Origin: Hyalangium minutum
Lineage (GTDB): Bacteria; Myxococcota; Myxococcia; Myxococcales; Myxococcaceae
Direction: 5' to 3'
Assembly: GCF_000737315.1 (NCBI RefSeq)
Contig: NZ_JMCB01000013.1
Location: 206,001-268,000 of the forward strand
Length of the DNA stretch: 62,000 nucleotides
The notes beneath the pieces were generated by a model. That model searched no databases. It saw only the letters and a list, made by a program, of their open reading frames with translations, and had not been told where the DNA came from. Positions within the stretch are counted from its first letter, which is position 1. The number at the start of each line of letters is the position of its first letter. Both the position numbers and the translations under genes were made by a program. Below, piece by piece: positions 30,083 to 39,872 of the stretch.

Positions 30083-30285
30083 GTCCTGATACACTCCGGC
30101 GTGTTTTCCTTACCGCCGCCGCAGAGCTCGTCGTACGTCTTCTGGTCGCAATATTTACGGACGAGTTCCAGGGTGTCCTGATGGACGGCTTTGGCGACAC
30201 GACCCTCCTTGCCAAACTCTGAAGGACAGCCAGTCACCATCCAGAGCACCACCAGGAGCGTTCCTGCGTCACGCCAGCGCATCAT
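30073..30285 (-). CDS. Small (70 aa) lipoprotein with 4-Cys C-terminal peptide
   Basis: GGAGGG RBS; lipobox MVTGC; mature CPSEFGKEGRV...YCDQKTYDELCGGGKENTPECIRTCG. Confidence 0.75.
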   Translation of the reverse strand: MMRWRDAGTLLVVLWMVTGCPSEFGKEGRVAKAVHQDTLELVRKYCDQKTYDELCGGGKENTPECIRTCG

Positions 30286-30374
30286 CCCCTCCTGCGAGCA
30301 CTGATGACCGTACCAAGAGTCAACGGACAGGGCCACGCTGCCGGAAACAGGTAACTCACGGCGGTAGGGGAGCC

Positions 30375-32414
30375 ATGGCGGACGCAGGGCTTTTCAGGTA
30401 CACGCGGCTCGTCGCCATGTCCGTCCGTGTTGCTCCCAGGCTCCTTCTCTGGACGCTCCTCGCCGCTCTCGTAGGCGCTGGGCTGGGGCTGGGGTTGTTT
30501 GCTCTGGAAACGGAGCGGTTGCTCAGCGCTGGACTGGTGGGCGTGGGCATCGATGTGGAGGGGCCCTATGCGGCGCTGATGAATGCGATCCGGCCGCTGC
30601 TGCCAGGGCTGCTCGCTCGGGTCGCGGCGGTGTATGGGGTTGGCGGCGCCGTGCTCGGGCTCTTGGCTGGAGGGCTCGCTCGCGCGTGGGGACGGCAGCG
30701 GTTGGCGTGGGTGATCCCTCATTGGCTCGTGCTGCTCGCACTGCTGGCCTGGGATCGCGCCATCGCCCGGCCCGCGCTCTTCGATGATCTGCCCGCGCTG
30801 CGCTCGGTGCTGGGCTGGCTCGTGGACCATGGCCAGCCCTGGCACCCGCGTGTGACCGTGGGGCTGTGGCTCGCTCTTCCCCTGGGTTGGCTTGCTTGGC
30901 GCTCTCGCGAACATCAGCGCTCCCTGGGCTTGGCATGTGGGGCCGTGGTGGCGGTGGGGTTGCTCGGGGCGTGGATCTCCCGGACACCCTCGGGTGGAGA
31001 GAGACATCCGCTCGTTGTCCTCATCGGGGTGGATGCGTTCCGCCCGGATCGGCTGAAGGCGCTCGGAGGCACAGGCGCGGTGGCGCCTCACCTCGATCGC
31101 TTCGTGGAAGAGGGCGCCACGCTCTTTACCCGCGCGTACACGACCATCGCTCAGACGGAACCCGCGTGGCGCTCACTGCTCACCGCGCGCTGGCCGCATC
31201 GCACCGGCGTCCGTTACTCGCTCACGGCCGAGTCCCGCTGGATCCCCACCTCCACCTTTCCTGCGCGCTTCGCGGATGCCCACTGGCGCACCGTGTTTGC
31301 CACGGATTGCTCGCGCTTCCACGCCGAGGGCCCGGACTCCGGTTTCGCCACGCGCCTCCAGCCGCCTCGGGGCGCGGTGAACTTCCTGCTGGAGAAACTC
31401 CGCTACCGCGCCGTGGGCCTGTTCGCCGATCACCGGCTCGGCGCCGCGTGGCTGCCCGAGTTCATCGACAACCGCGCCCTCGCGGGCATCCACGATCCCA
31501 TCGGCTACGCGGATCGGCTCGCGGCGCGGCTCGTCTTGGAGGCCTCCCAAGGCCCCACACTGTTCGCCTTCCACGCCACCGCAGCGCATTTCCCGGGCGA
31601 CCCCACCTATCCCTTCTACCGGCGCTTCGTGGCTCCCTCCGAGCCGATCGAGCGCCGGCTGCGCATGCACTTCTCCCCGGTGGTGCCCGGCGCCGCCGGA
31701 GGTGCCGGTTCCTGGAACCGGGCCGGTGCTGAGGGGCTCTATGACGAGCTGCTCGCCCAGGCCGATGCACAGGTGGGTCAGCTCTTCGACGCGCTGAAGC
31801 GGACCGGACGCTACGACGACGCGCTCATCGTCCTGTTCTCGGATCACGGCGAGAGCTTCCACGCGGACCGGCCGGACCTCGCAGGTGCCACCTCGGTGCA
31901 CGGCGCCCGGCTCTCCGAGGAGGAGAACCGTGTGCTCCTGGCGGTGAAGCTCCCCCGAGGCCAACAGGCCCCCGCTCGTGTGGATACCCTCGTCCGGCTG
32001 TTGGACATGGGCCCCACGCTGCTGGAGTTGTCCCAACTCCCATCTCTCCCGAGCGACGTGGATGGCGTCTCCCTCGCGCCTCTGTTGCGCGGAGAGCCCT
32101 TCCAGCCCCAGCCGCTCTACGCGGAGACGGGCTTCACGCACGTGAGCCCGGAGATCTTCGATCCAGGCCACTGGCCCGGAGCCCCTCGCAGCTTCGAGAC
32201 CTACCGCATCCGCCAGGATGGCGTGGTGGAGGTGGACGGCTCCGCCCACGACGCCATGGTCCGAGAGAAGGATCGCGGCGCCTTCGACGGGCAGCGCTGG
32301 CTGGTGGATCGCCCCCAGGCGGACGGCTCCACGAAGCGCACGTGCGTGGGCGACTGCGCGGAGCCCGCGGTGTTGTCTTCCTGGCTGGACGCGGTGCTGA
32401 GCCGCGCTCCCTGA
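30375..32414 (+). CDS. Membrane-anchored alkaline-phosphatase/sulfatase-superfamily enzyme (Thr nucleophile)
   Basis: N-terminal TM helices; VLIGVDAFRPD, RAYTTIAQTEPAWRSLLTA, FSDHGE...HG. Confidence 0.85.
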   Translation: MADAGLFRYTRLVAMSVRVAPRLLLWTLLAALVGAGLGLGLFALETERLLSAGLVGVGIDVEGPYAALMNAIRPLLPGLLARVAAVYGVGGAVLGLLAGGLARAWGRQRLAWVIPHWLVLLALLAWDRAIARPALFDDLPALRSVLGWLVDHGQPWHPRVTVGLWLALPLGWLAWRSREHQRSLGLACGAVVAVGLLGAWISRTPSGGERHPLVVLIGVDAFRPDRLKALGGTGAVAPHLDRFVEEGATLFTRAYTTIAQTEPAWRSLLTARWPHRTGVRYSLTAESRWIPTSTFPARFADAHWRTVFATDCSRFHAEGPDSGFATRLQPPRGAVNFLLEKLRYRAVGLFADHRLGAAWLPEFIDNRALAGIHDPIGYADRLAARLVLEASQGPTLFAFHATAAHFPGDPTYPFYRRFVAPSEPIERRLRMHFSPVVPGAAGGAGSWNRAGAEGLYDELLAQADAQVGQLFDALKRTGRYDDALIVLFSDHGESFHADRPDLAGATSVHGARLSEEENRVLLAVKLPRGQQAPARVDTLVRLLDMGPTLLELSQLPSLPSDVDGVSLAPLLRGEPFQPQPLYAETGFTHVSPEIFDPGHWPGAPRSFETYRIRQDGVVEVDGSAHDAMVREKDRGAFDGQRWLVDRPQADGSTKRTCVGDCAEPAVLSSWLDAVLSRAP

Positions 32415-32441
32415 CTTCGGGCTGGGGTAGGGTGCCGCCCC

Positions 32442-32912
32442 ATGTCGACGACGAATACCCAGAGCCTCCAGGAGCGCTACGCCCCTCACAACGCCTGCTT
32501 CGGTTGCGGCCCCGCCAACGAGAAGGGCCTCCGCATTCGCAGCATGGCGGAGGGCGATCTCGTGGTCGCCGAGTGGACCCCCTCCGAGCACCACCAGGCC
32601 TTCCCCGGTGTCCTCAACGGCGGGATCATCGGCTCGCTGCTGGACTGCCACTGCAACTGGACGGCGGCCTACCACCTCATGAAGCAGGCAGGAGCGGACT
32701 CGCCTCCCTGCACCGTCACGGCGGACTACAGCATCCAGCTCAAGCGTCCCACGCCCATGGGCCTGGTGCGGCTCGAGGCGAAGCCCGTGGAGCTCAAGGA
32801 GGACCGCGCCGTCATCGAGGGCACGCTCACCGCCAACGGCAAGGTGACGGCCACCTGCCGGGGCACCTTCGTGGCGGTGAAGCCGGGCCACCCCGCCTAC
32901 CACCGCTGGTAG
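32442..32912 (+). CDS. PaaI-family hotdog thioesterase
   Basis: CFGCGPANEKGL, HQAFPGVLNGGIIGSLLDCH. Confidence 0.88.
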   Translation: MSTTNTQSLQERYAPHNACFGCGPANEKGLRIRSMAEGDLVVAEWTPSEHHQAFPGVLNGGIIGSLLDCHCNWTAAYHLMKQAGADSPPCTVTADYSIQLKRPTPMGLVRLEAKPVELKEDRAVIEGTLTANGKVTATCRGTFVAVKPGHPAYHRW

Positions 32913-32924
32913 CCCGCAAAGCCA

Positions 32925-32968
32925 AGGGCCCCGGCGCTCCCTCCACCAAGGGAGCCACGCGGGGCCCT
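32925..32968. terminator. Hairpin between convergent genes (probable bidirectional terminator)
   Basis: agggcccc / ggggccct outer stem and gctccct / agggagc inner stem. Confidence 0.6.
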
Positions 32969-32993
32969 GGAGCCTCACACCCCGAGGGGCGCG

Positions 32994-33560
<567 letters not shown>

Positions 33561-33566
33561 GGTTCC

Positions 33567-33935
33567 TCAGCTCTCCCACTCGAGAGCGCCCTTCTTCCAA
33601 ACGTAGATAAGGCCCACCACCAGGGTTGCAGCGAAAACCACCATCTCGGTGTAGCCGAACCAGCCGAGCGCCTGGAAGTTCACCGCCCAGGGGTACAGGA
33701 ACACGGCTTCGACGTCGAACACGATGAAGAGCAGCGCAACGACGTAGAACTTCACCGCGAACCGCTGCCGCGCCATGCCGCTGGACTCGGAGCCGGCCTC
33801 GAAGGTCATCGACTTGACCGCGCTCGGCCGCCGAGGGCCCAGCAAGCCGGCGAGGGTGGGGATGATCAGCGCCAGCACGCCAGACAGCAGCAGCACCACT
33901 GCCAGCGGCAGATAAGGGGTGAGAGGAGTTTCCAT
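33567..33935 (-). CDS. nuoA: NADH-quinone oxidoreductase subunit A
   Basis: FEAGSE, KFYVVALLFIVFDVEAVFLYPWA, WKKGALEW. Confidence 0.96.
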   Translation of the reverse strand: METPLTPYLPLAVVLLLSGVLALIIPTLAGLLGPRRPSAVKSMTFEAGSESSGMARQRFAVKFYVVALLFIVFDVEAVFLYPWAVNFQALGWFGYTEMVVFAATLVVGLIYVWKKGALEWES

Positions 33936-33944
33936 CGGCGGCGG

Positions 33945-33973
33945 ACCCTAGTGACACCCGCCACCTCTGTCAA
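33945..33973 (-). promoter_or_regulatory. sigma70 promoter TTGACA-N17-TAGGGT, 9 nt before the nuoA ATG
   Basis: Plus strand shows acccta (33945-50) and tgtcaa (33968-73). Confidence 0.8.
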
Positions 33974-34175
33974 AGGGAAACTCGGTCTCCTCACACCGTA
34001 AACCGTTGAGATAACAGCGAAAAGGCACCCTGACCCTGATCCCGCCTCTTCGGCCACGCCCCTGGGGACGGTGGCAGGTGAGGGAGGGAGCAACCGGGCA
34101 CGCACGGGGTGTTTGACGCTCTCGGGTCCAGGCGCCTACCGTCGCACCGTCGCGCGAACTCGGGAGAACCAGGGC

Positions 34176-35726
34176 ATGTGGGGTCGGCTCAGTCTACGGT
34201 GGCAGGTGGCACTCGCGGTGCTGGTGCCCACCATCGTCATTTCCGCCCTCACCAGCTTCTACTTCCCGCGGAAGCAGATGGAGATCGGCCGGCACCGGCT
34301 GAAGGAGCGGGGTCTCGCGGTGGGGCTGCTGGCCCAGCAACAAGCGGCCGCCATCCTCTCGGAGCCCGAGGCCCTGCGCACGGACCGCTTTCAGCAGCTC
34401 TTTGATCAGGTGGAGAAGGGCGGCAACGTCTCCATGCAGGCGGTGCTCGAGCCCGCAGGCGGCACACTGATCCAGCGCGGCAACCTGCCGCTCGGGAGCA
34501 CCGCCCTGAAGGGCGGCGAGGGGTGCGCGGACGCGTTCCTCGAGGGCACCCTGATCGTGAGCTGCTCGCTGCCGGATGGGCGCGCCTACCTCGTGGGCAT
34601 GGATGCCTCGGTGGTGCACCACGAGGAGGTCAATGCCTTCATGCTGTCCGGCGGACTCGTCTACAGCGCCGCGGCGCTGATCGGCCTGGCGCTGGCCTTC
34701 TTCATCGGCCGGGCCATCACCGAGCCGGTGTCGCGGATGACGGAGGCCGCCATCGAGGTGGCCAAGGGTGACGTGTCCCGCAGCACGCTGGAGGTGACGA
34801 CGGCCGCGGGCGAGGTGAAGCAGATGGCGCAGTCGTTCAGCGAGATGCTGACCACGCTGCGCGGCACGGTGGCGGAGCTGGTGTCCCGCACCGAGCAGCT
34901 GTCCAGCGCCTCGCGCGGGCTGACGGGGGCCTCGGCGGATCAGGAGCACGTCATCAGCCAGCAGGCGGCGTACGCGCAGCAGATCGCCGCCACCTTTGAG
35001 GAGCTGAGTCGCACCGCCGAGCAGATCTCCAGCTCCACGGAGGTGGTGGAGTCCAGCGCGCGCCGCACGCACGAGGCGGTGGCCGAGGCCATGGCCGTAG
35101 TGGCGCAGGTGGTGGCCGGCATCAACGACATCCGCATCGAGGCCAAGGGCGTGGCCGAGGCCATCGTCGGGCTGAACCAGGACTTGCAGCAGGTGGGGAA
35201 GATCGCCCAGGTGATCAACCAGGTGGCGGAGCGCTCGGACCTGCTGGCGCTCAACGCGGCGCTCGAGGGCACCAAGGCGGGCGAGGTGGGCCGCGGCTTC
35301 TCGCTGGTAGCCGCGGAGATGCGCAAGCTGGCGGAGAACGTGTCCGGCTCGGCGCGAGACATCGCCCGCATCGTCGAGAAGGTGCAGGACTCCGGCGAGG
35401 AGGCCGCGCAGAAGGCCCGCGTGGGCATGGCCACCTCGGATCGCGGCGTGGAGGTGGCCGAGCAGGCCTCCTCCGTGTTCGAGCGGATCGTCGAGCTGGC
35501 GCGCGGTACCAGCGAGGCGGCGCGGCAGATCACCATCGCCACGCGGCAGCAGCGCCAGTCCAGCGAGCAGGCTGTGCAGGGCGCTCGCAACGTGGCCGAG
35601 CTGGTGAAGCAGGGCGTGGATGCCACGGGCCGCACCACCCGCATTGCTCAGGATCTGCAGGCGGTGGCCGAGGGGCTCACCGCCGTCACCAGCCGCTTCA
35701 AGGTCGCCCGCGACGAGCGGTCCTGA
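34176..35726 (+). CDS. Orphan methyl-accepting chemotaxis protein (2 TM, HAMP, MA domain)
   Basis: LLALNAALEGTKAGEVGRGFSLVAAEMRKLAE hairpin tip; no che genes adjacent. Confidence 0.93.
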   Translation: MWGRLSLRWQVALAVLVPTIVISALTSFYFPRKQMEIGRHRLKERGLAVGLLAQQQAAAILSEPEALRTDRFQQLFDQVEKGGNVSMQAVLEPAGGTLIQRGNLPLGSTALKGGEGCADAFLEGTLIVSCSLPDGRAYLVGMDASVVHHEEVNAFMLSGGLVYSAAALIGLALAFFIGRAITEPVSRMTEAAIEVAKGDVSRSTLEVTTAAGEVKQMAQSFSEMLTTLRGTVAELVSRTEQLSSASRGLTGASADQEHVISQQAAYAQQIAATFEELSRTAEQISSSTEVVESSARRTHEAVAEAMAVVAQVVAGINDIRIEAKGVAEAIVGLNQDLQQVGKIAQVINQVAERSDLLALNAALEGTKAGEVGRGFSLVAAEMRKLAENVSGSARDIARIVEKVQDSGEEAAQKARVGMATSDRGVEVAEQASSVFERIVELARGTSEAARQITIATRQQRQSSEQAVQGARNVAELVKQGVDATGRTTRIAQDLQAVAEGLTAVTSRFKVARDERS

Positions 35727-35763
35727 GTCCGCTCCCGAGCGCCGCCGAGAGGGCTCTCGAGGC

Positions 35764-36144
35764 CTACCGCGGCTCCTCTTGATCCGAGTCTTTGGGGACC
35801 AGCGTGTGTACCTGGTCGAGGAGCTGTTGCAAGGAGAAGGGCTTCTTGAGGAACCCGGACCACCCATGGTCCTTGGGCTTCACCGTGGGCGCGATGGCGC
35901 TCATGATGAGGACGGGGAGCTTCTCGAAGGCAGGCTTCTGGCGGATGGCCTTGAGCGTCTCGTAGCCGTTCATCACCGGCATCATGATGTCCAGGATGGC
36001 CAGGTCCGGCGTGTGCTCCTCCAGGCACTTGAGCGCCTCGCGGCCGTTGCCGCACGTCAAGACGCGGTAGCGCTCCTCCTCGAGGATCGCCTTGACCGCC
36101 TCGGCGATGTCCAGCTCGTCATCGACGATGAGCACCGTCTTCAT
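35764..36144 (-). CDS. Single-domain response regulator (receiver)
   Basis: VLIVDDE, DLAILDIMMPVMNG, IMSA, FLKKPF. Confidence 0.95.
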   Translation of the reverse strand: MKTVLIVDDELDIAEAVKAILEEERYRVLTCGNGREALKCLEEHTPDLAILDIMMPVMNGYETLKAIRQKPAFEKLPVLIMSAIAPTVKPKDHGWSGFLKKPFSLQQLLDQVHTLVPKDSDQEEPR

Positions 36145-37727
36145 GAGCGCCTCCGCCGCCGCAGGCCGCCCCGCTTGCCCTTCTTCTTCGCCTCAGAAAT
36201 CTCCATGGGCGGGGAGACCTCCTTGTCCTTCTTGTCCGTGCCTCCGTTACGCACGCGCGCGTGGCCGGTGAGGATGTTCTCCGCGCTCTGGAAGGTGTCC
36301 GCCATGCGGATGCCCTCATCGGTGATGGAGAACTCGCGGATGCCGCTGTCGTACTGGCTCTCGCGCATCTTCATGATGGAGATGAGCCGGTACAGCTGCG
36401 AGCGCAGCTCCACGTAGCGCAGCAGGATGATGTTCTCCACGTAGGCGGCGGACTCGGCCAGCGGGGTCTCCACTCCGGGGCTGAGCAGGGGCGTCTCCTC
36501 GGAATAGAGCGTGGTGGCGTCCAGCATCCGCAGTTGGTGCGAGAGCGCGGAGAAGAAGCGCCCCATGCGATCCGGGTACACGGCGGCGGAGCGGAAGCCG
36601 GACACGCCGTCGATGAAGAGGCGGATCCGCTTCACGTTGCGCTCGTGGAGGCGCTCCAGGAGCCGCTCGGCCAGCGAATCCATGTTGTGCTCCAGCGGGG
36701 GCTGCCACTGGATCTCGATGAGGCCCTTGTCCACGTACTTCTTGAGGTCCTTCATGCCCACGCCCGCAGCCTTCTCCATCAGGCGCGGAGGCGTCTCGTA
36801 GAAGCCGAAGTAGACACCGGGCTGGCCCTCGCGGGCGCCCTGGAGCAGGAAGTGGAGCCCCAGCAGCGTCTTGCCCGTGCCGGGCGCGCCCAGGAGCATG
36901 GTGGTGGAGCCGGACAGCACGCCGCCCCGGAGCGACTCGTCCAGGCGGGGGATGCCGAAGGACATGCGGATGCGGTCCCCGGGGCTGTCCTCCTGGGGGT
37001 TGGCGAACTGCACCTCGGTGCGGGGGTGGATGACTATCCCCCGCTCGGAGATCTCCACCTCGTGCCGGCCGAGCAGCGAGTCGCTGCCGCGGAACTTCAG
37101 CGCGACAAGCTCCCGCACCGCGCGCGGTCCGGAGAGCCAGAGCGACAGCTCGAAGACACCGTCCACCGCGGTGTTCTCCGGGTGGGTGTCGCCCTCCTGG
37201 TGCGGAGAGAGCAGCAGGGTGGTGCAGCCGAGGATGCTCGTGAAGGCCTGCAGGTCCTGGAGGAAGCGCTTGAAGGACAGATCCGAGCGGGCGAACTCCT
37301 TGGCCGCGTCCATGCCGTCGATGATGAGCAGGGACACCTGGTTTTGCTGGGCCGTGCGTCGCACCATGTCCAGCAGGGCCTTGAGGCCGTCCTTCTCCAG
37401 CTCGGGGTAGCCGCTGACGTAGTGGAGCTTTTCGGGGATGACGCTCCGGTCGAAGAAGGTCATCTCCTCGATGTTGGCCAGCATGCGGGCGTGAGACTCC
37501 GTCAGGAGCGTCACGTAGAGGGCACGGCCGCCCTCCTTCACATGGTTGAAGGCGATCTGGTTGGCCAGCACCGTCTTGCCTGAGCCGGGAGGCCCCAAAA
37601 TGGCGTACGAGGAGCCTCTCAGCAGGCCGCCTTTGGTGATGAAGTCCAGCCGGGGCACTCGGGTGATGAGCCGCTTGTGCTCGGCCTTGCGGTCCTGCTC
37701 ACCGTGCCCCTTCTCTTGAGACGACAC
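36141..37727 (-). CDS. KaiC/RAD55-like double RecA-fold ATPase
   Basis: Two Walker A motifs (GPPGSGKT, GAPGTGKT); IILLRYVELRSQLYRLISIMKMRES matches the KaiC CII end. Confidence 0.9.
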   Translation of the reverse strand: MSSQEKGHGEQDRKAEHKRLITRVPRLDFITKGGLLRGSSYAILGPPGSGKTVLANQIAFNHVKEGGRALYVTLLTESHARMLANIEEMTFFDRSVIPEKLHYVSGYPELEKDGLKALLDMVRRTAQQNQVSLLIIDGMDAAKEFARSDLSFKRFLQDLQAFTSILGCTTLLLSPHQEGDTHPENTAVDGVFELSLWLSGPRAVRELVALKFRGSDSLLGRHEVEISERGIVIHPRTEVQFANPQEDSPGDRIRMSFGIPRLDESLRGGVLSGSTTMLLGAPGTGKTLLGLHFLLQGAREGQPGVYFGFYETPPRLMEKAAGVGMKDLKKYVDKGLIEIQWQPPLEHNMDSLAERLLERLHERNVKRIRLFIDGVSGFRSAAVYPDRMGRFFSALSHQLRMLDATTLYSEETPLLSPGVETPLAESAAYVENIILLRYVELRSQLYRLISIMKMRESQYDSGIREFSITDEGIRMADTFQSAENILTGHARVRNGGTDKKDKEVSPPMEISEAKKKGKRGGLRRRRRS

Positions 37728-37748
37728 ACTCCCTCCTTCTGAAGCGCC

Positions 37749-38879
37749 TCAGTAGCGTTCGGTCCGGCGCAGGGGCAGCAGCACCTGGAAGGTGGCGCCC
37801 TGGCCGGGCTCGCTGGTGACCGAGATGGTCCCCCCGTGAGCCGTGACGATTTCCTTGGCGATGTAAAGGCCGAGCCCCAGGCTCTCGGACTGACGGGCCG
37901 TGGTAGCCCGCTCGAAGCGGTCGAAGATACGGGCCTGATCCTGAGGAGCGATCCCGATGCCATGATCCCTGACGAGGATGACGGCCCATTCCGGGCGCTC
38001 CTCCACGTGGATCTGCACGGGCCGGCCGCCGCCGTATTTGATGGCATTGGTGACCAGGTTGGTCAGCACCTGCTCCAGGCGAAGCCGATCTCCGAAGAGG
38101 ATGATGGGCTCGTGGTGCAGCTCGAACTGGAGTTCCACGCCCACGGCGCGGGCTTGGGCTTCGAGCCGCAGGGCCAGATCTCCGGTCAGCTCCACCAAGT
38201 CCAACGCGCTGATGTCCAGCCGGAGCTTGTGGCTGGTGACGCGGGACACGTCCAGCAGCGTGTCCAGCAGCTGTTGCAGCCGATCGATCTGGCGGAGGGC
38301 GGGGGTGAGGCTCTTCTCGACGGTGGTCTTGGGGATGGTTTCGGTGGCGCCGCGGGTGGTCAGGTAGAGCGTGCGCTCCAGGTGGAGGCGCAGGGCGGTG
38401 AGCGGGGTCTTCAGCTCGTGGGCGGCGACGGAGAGAAACTCGTCTCGCTCGCGGATGGCGCCCTGGGCGCGGCTCTGGAGGCGCAGGAGCGCCTCGATGT
38501 TGGCCAGGAGCTCCTCCTCTTCCATGGGAGTGGTCCAGTAGGCGTCCGCACCGTGAGCCAGGCCCCGGATGCGGTCCTCACGCTGGACGGAGACGGCGGA
38601 GAGGTGGGCAATGAGGAGATCTTGGGTCTCCTCATGGTTGCGAAGGCGCCGGCAGACCTCGTAGCCATCGATGTCGGGCAGGTGAACGTCCAGGAGGACG
38701 AGGTCCGGCCTGCCCTCGGCGATGGACAGGGCCTGCTTGCCGTTCTTGGCCTCGAGGACCTGGTAGCCGGCCATGCGCAGCATGTGGCTGACCATGTAGA
38801 GGGTCGCAGGGTGATCGTTGACGTTGAGGATGGTCGCCTTGGGAGGCGGCCGCTCACCCATGTTTCCTGGCGCGTTCAC
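37749..38879 (-). CDS. Hybrid receiver-histidine kinase
   Basis: N-terminal receiver (LLDVHLPDIDG), AAHELKTPL, QVLTNLVTNAIKY, DHGIGI, GLGLGL; ATG 38861 is an alternative start. Confidence 0.93.
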   Translation of the reverse strand: MNAPGNMGERPPPKATILNVNDHPATLYMVSHMLRMAGYQVLEAKNGKQALSIAEGRPDLVLLDVHLPDIDGYEVCRRLRNHEETQDLLIAHLSAVSVQREDRIRGLAHGADAYWTTPMEEEELLANIEALLRLQSRAQGAIRERDEFLSVAAHELKTPLTALRLHLERTLYLTTRGATETIPKTTVEKSLTPALRQIDRLQQLLDTLLDVSRVTSHKLRLDISALDLVELTGDLALRLEAQARAVGVELQFELHHEPIILFGDRLRLEQVLTNLVTNAIKYGGGRPVQIHVEERPEWAVILVRDHGIGIAPQDQARIFDRFERATTARQSESLGLGLYIAKEIVTAHGGTISVTSEPGQGATFQVLLPLRRTERY

Positions 38880-39050
38880 AAAGTCTTTCCGCGAGGGAGA
38901 CTGTGTACCGTCGTTCAGAAGCGGAATCCCACCAGGAAGTTTTTACGTCCGAATCCCTTCAAGCCTCCCCCCCGGTGTTGCTTGGTAGGCAGTCATGCGA
39001 TGAGGTGTGAGATAGGCAACGTCTGAAGAGAGAGCCGCTCGTCACGCCCC

Positions 39051-39872
39051 TCAAGAAATGGCAGCGCGGGAGCGGAGCTTCTGGAACTGCTCCGGGGGCA
39101 TGGAGGCCGTGCCCAGATGCCGCCCCGGCGCCACCTTCTCTCCGTGGAAGTCGCTGCCCGCCGTGGGCACCAGCTCGAACTCCTTCGCCAGTGCCATGTA
39201 CTTCTCCCGCACGCTCGGGTTGTGGTCCGAGTGGTACACCTCCAGCCCCGAGAGCCCGGCCTTCGCCAGTTGCGCGATCTCCATCCGGTTCATCTTCGAG
39301 GTGCCCGGGTGCGCCAGCGTCGCGGTGCCGCCCGCGTTCCGGATCAGCTGGATGGCGTCCACCCCGTCCAGCCGGTAGCGGTCCACCCACGCAGGGCGTC
39401 CGTCTCCCAGGAAGCGGTCGAACGCCTCCTTTGTATCTACGCACCAGCCTTTCTCCACCAGCACCCGCGCCAGGTGCGGCCGGCCCAGGTGGGCCTTGTC
39501 CGCGATGGCGTACACGTCCTGCATCCGCACCGGGAAGCCGAGCTTGCGCATCTTCTCCACCATCTGCTCCATGCGCTGCTCGCGCTCGATGCGCAGCTTG
39601 TCGGCGAACTGGGAGATGTCCGGGTCCTCCGGCCGCAGGAAGTGCCCCAGAATGTGGGCCTCCCGCCCCAGCACGAACGCGGACAGCTCGATGCCGGGTA
39701 CCAGCTCCAGGCCCCGGGCCTTCGCCGCCGCCATCGCCGCCGCCAGCCCTGCCACCGTGTCGTGGTCTGTCACCGCCAGCACCGTCACCCCCGCTGCAGC
39801 CGCCATGCTCAGCAGCTCGTCGGGGGAGTGCTGTCCATCGCTTGCAGTGGTGTGGGAGTGCAGATCAATCAC
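39051..39872 (-). CDS. PHP-domain metal-dependent phosphoesterase (YciV/TrpH-like)
   Basis: IDLHSHTTASDG, AVTDHD, EAHILG, LAHP, GSDFHG. Confidence 0.92.
   Translation of the reverse strand: MIDLHSHTTASDGQHSPDELLSMAAAAGVTVLAVTDHDTVAGLAAAMAAAKARGLELVPGIELSAFVLGREAHILGHFLRPEDPDISQFADKLRIEREQRMEQMVEKMRKLGFPVRMQDVYAIADKAHLGRPHLARVLVEKGWCVDTKEAFDRFLGDGRPAWVDRYRLDGVDAIQLIRNAGGTATLAHPGTSKMNRMEIAQLAKAGLSGLEVYHSDHNPSVREKYMALAKEFELVPTAGSDFHGEKVAPGRHLGTASMPPEQFQKLRSRAAIS

Noticed and set aside
36141-37727. A circadian clock
   Set aside because: No kaiA or kaiB in the window, and the S/T phosphosites are replaced by Ala-Ala.
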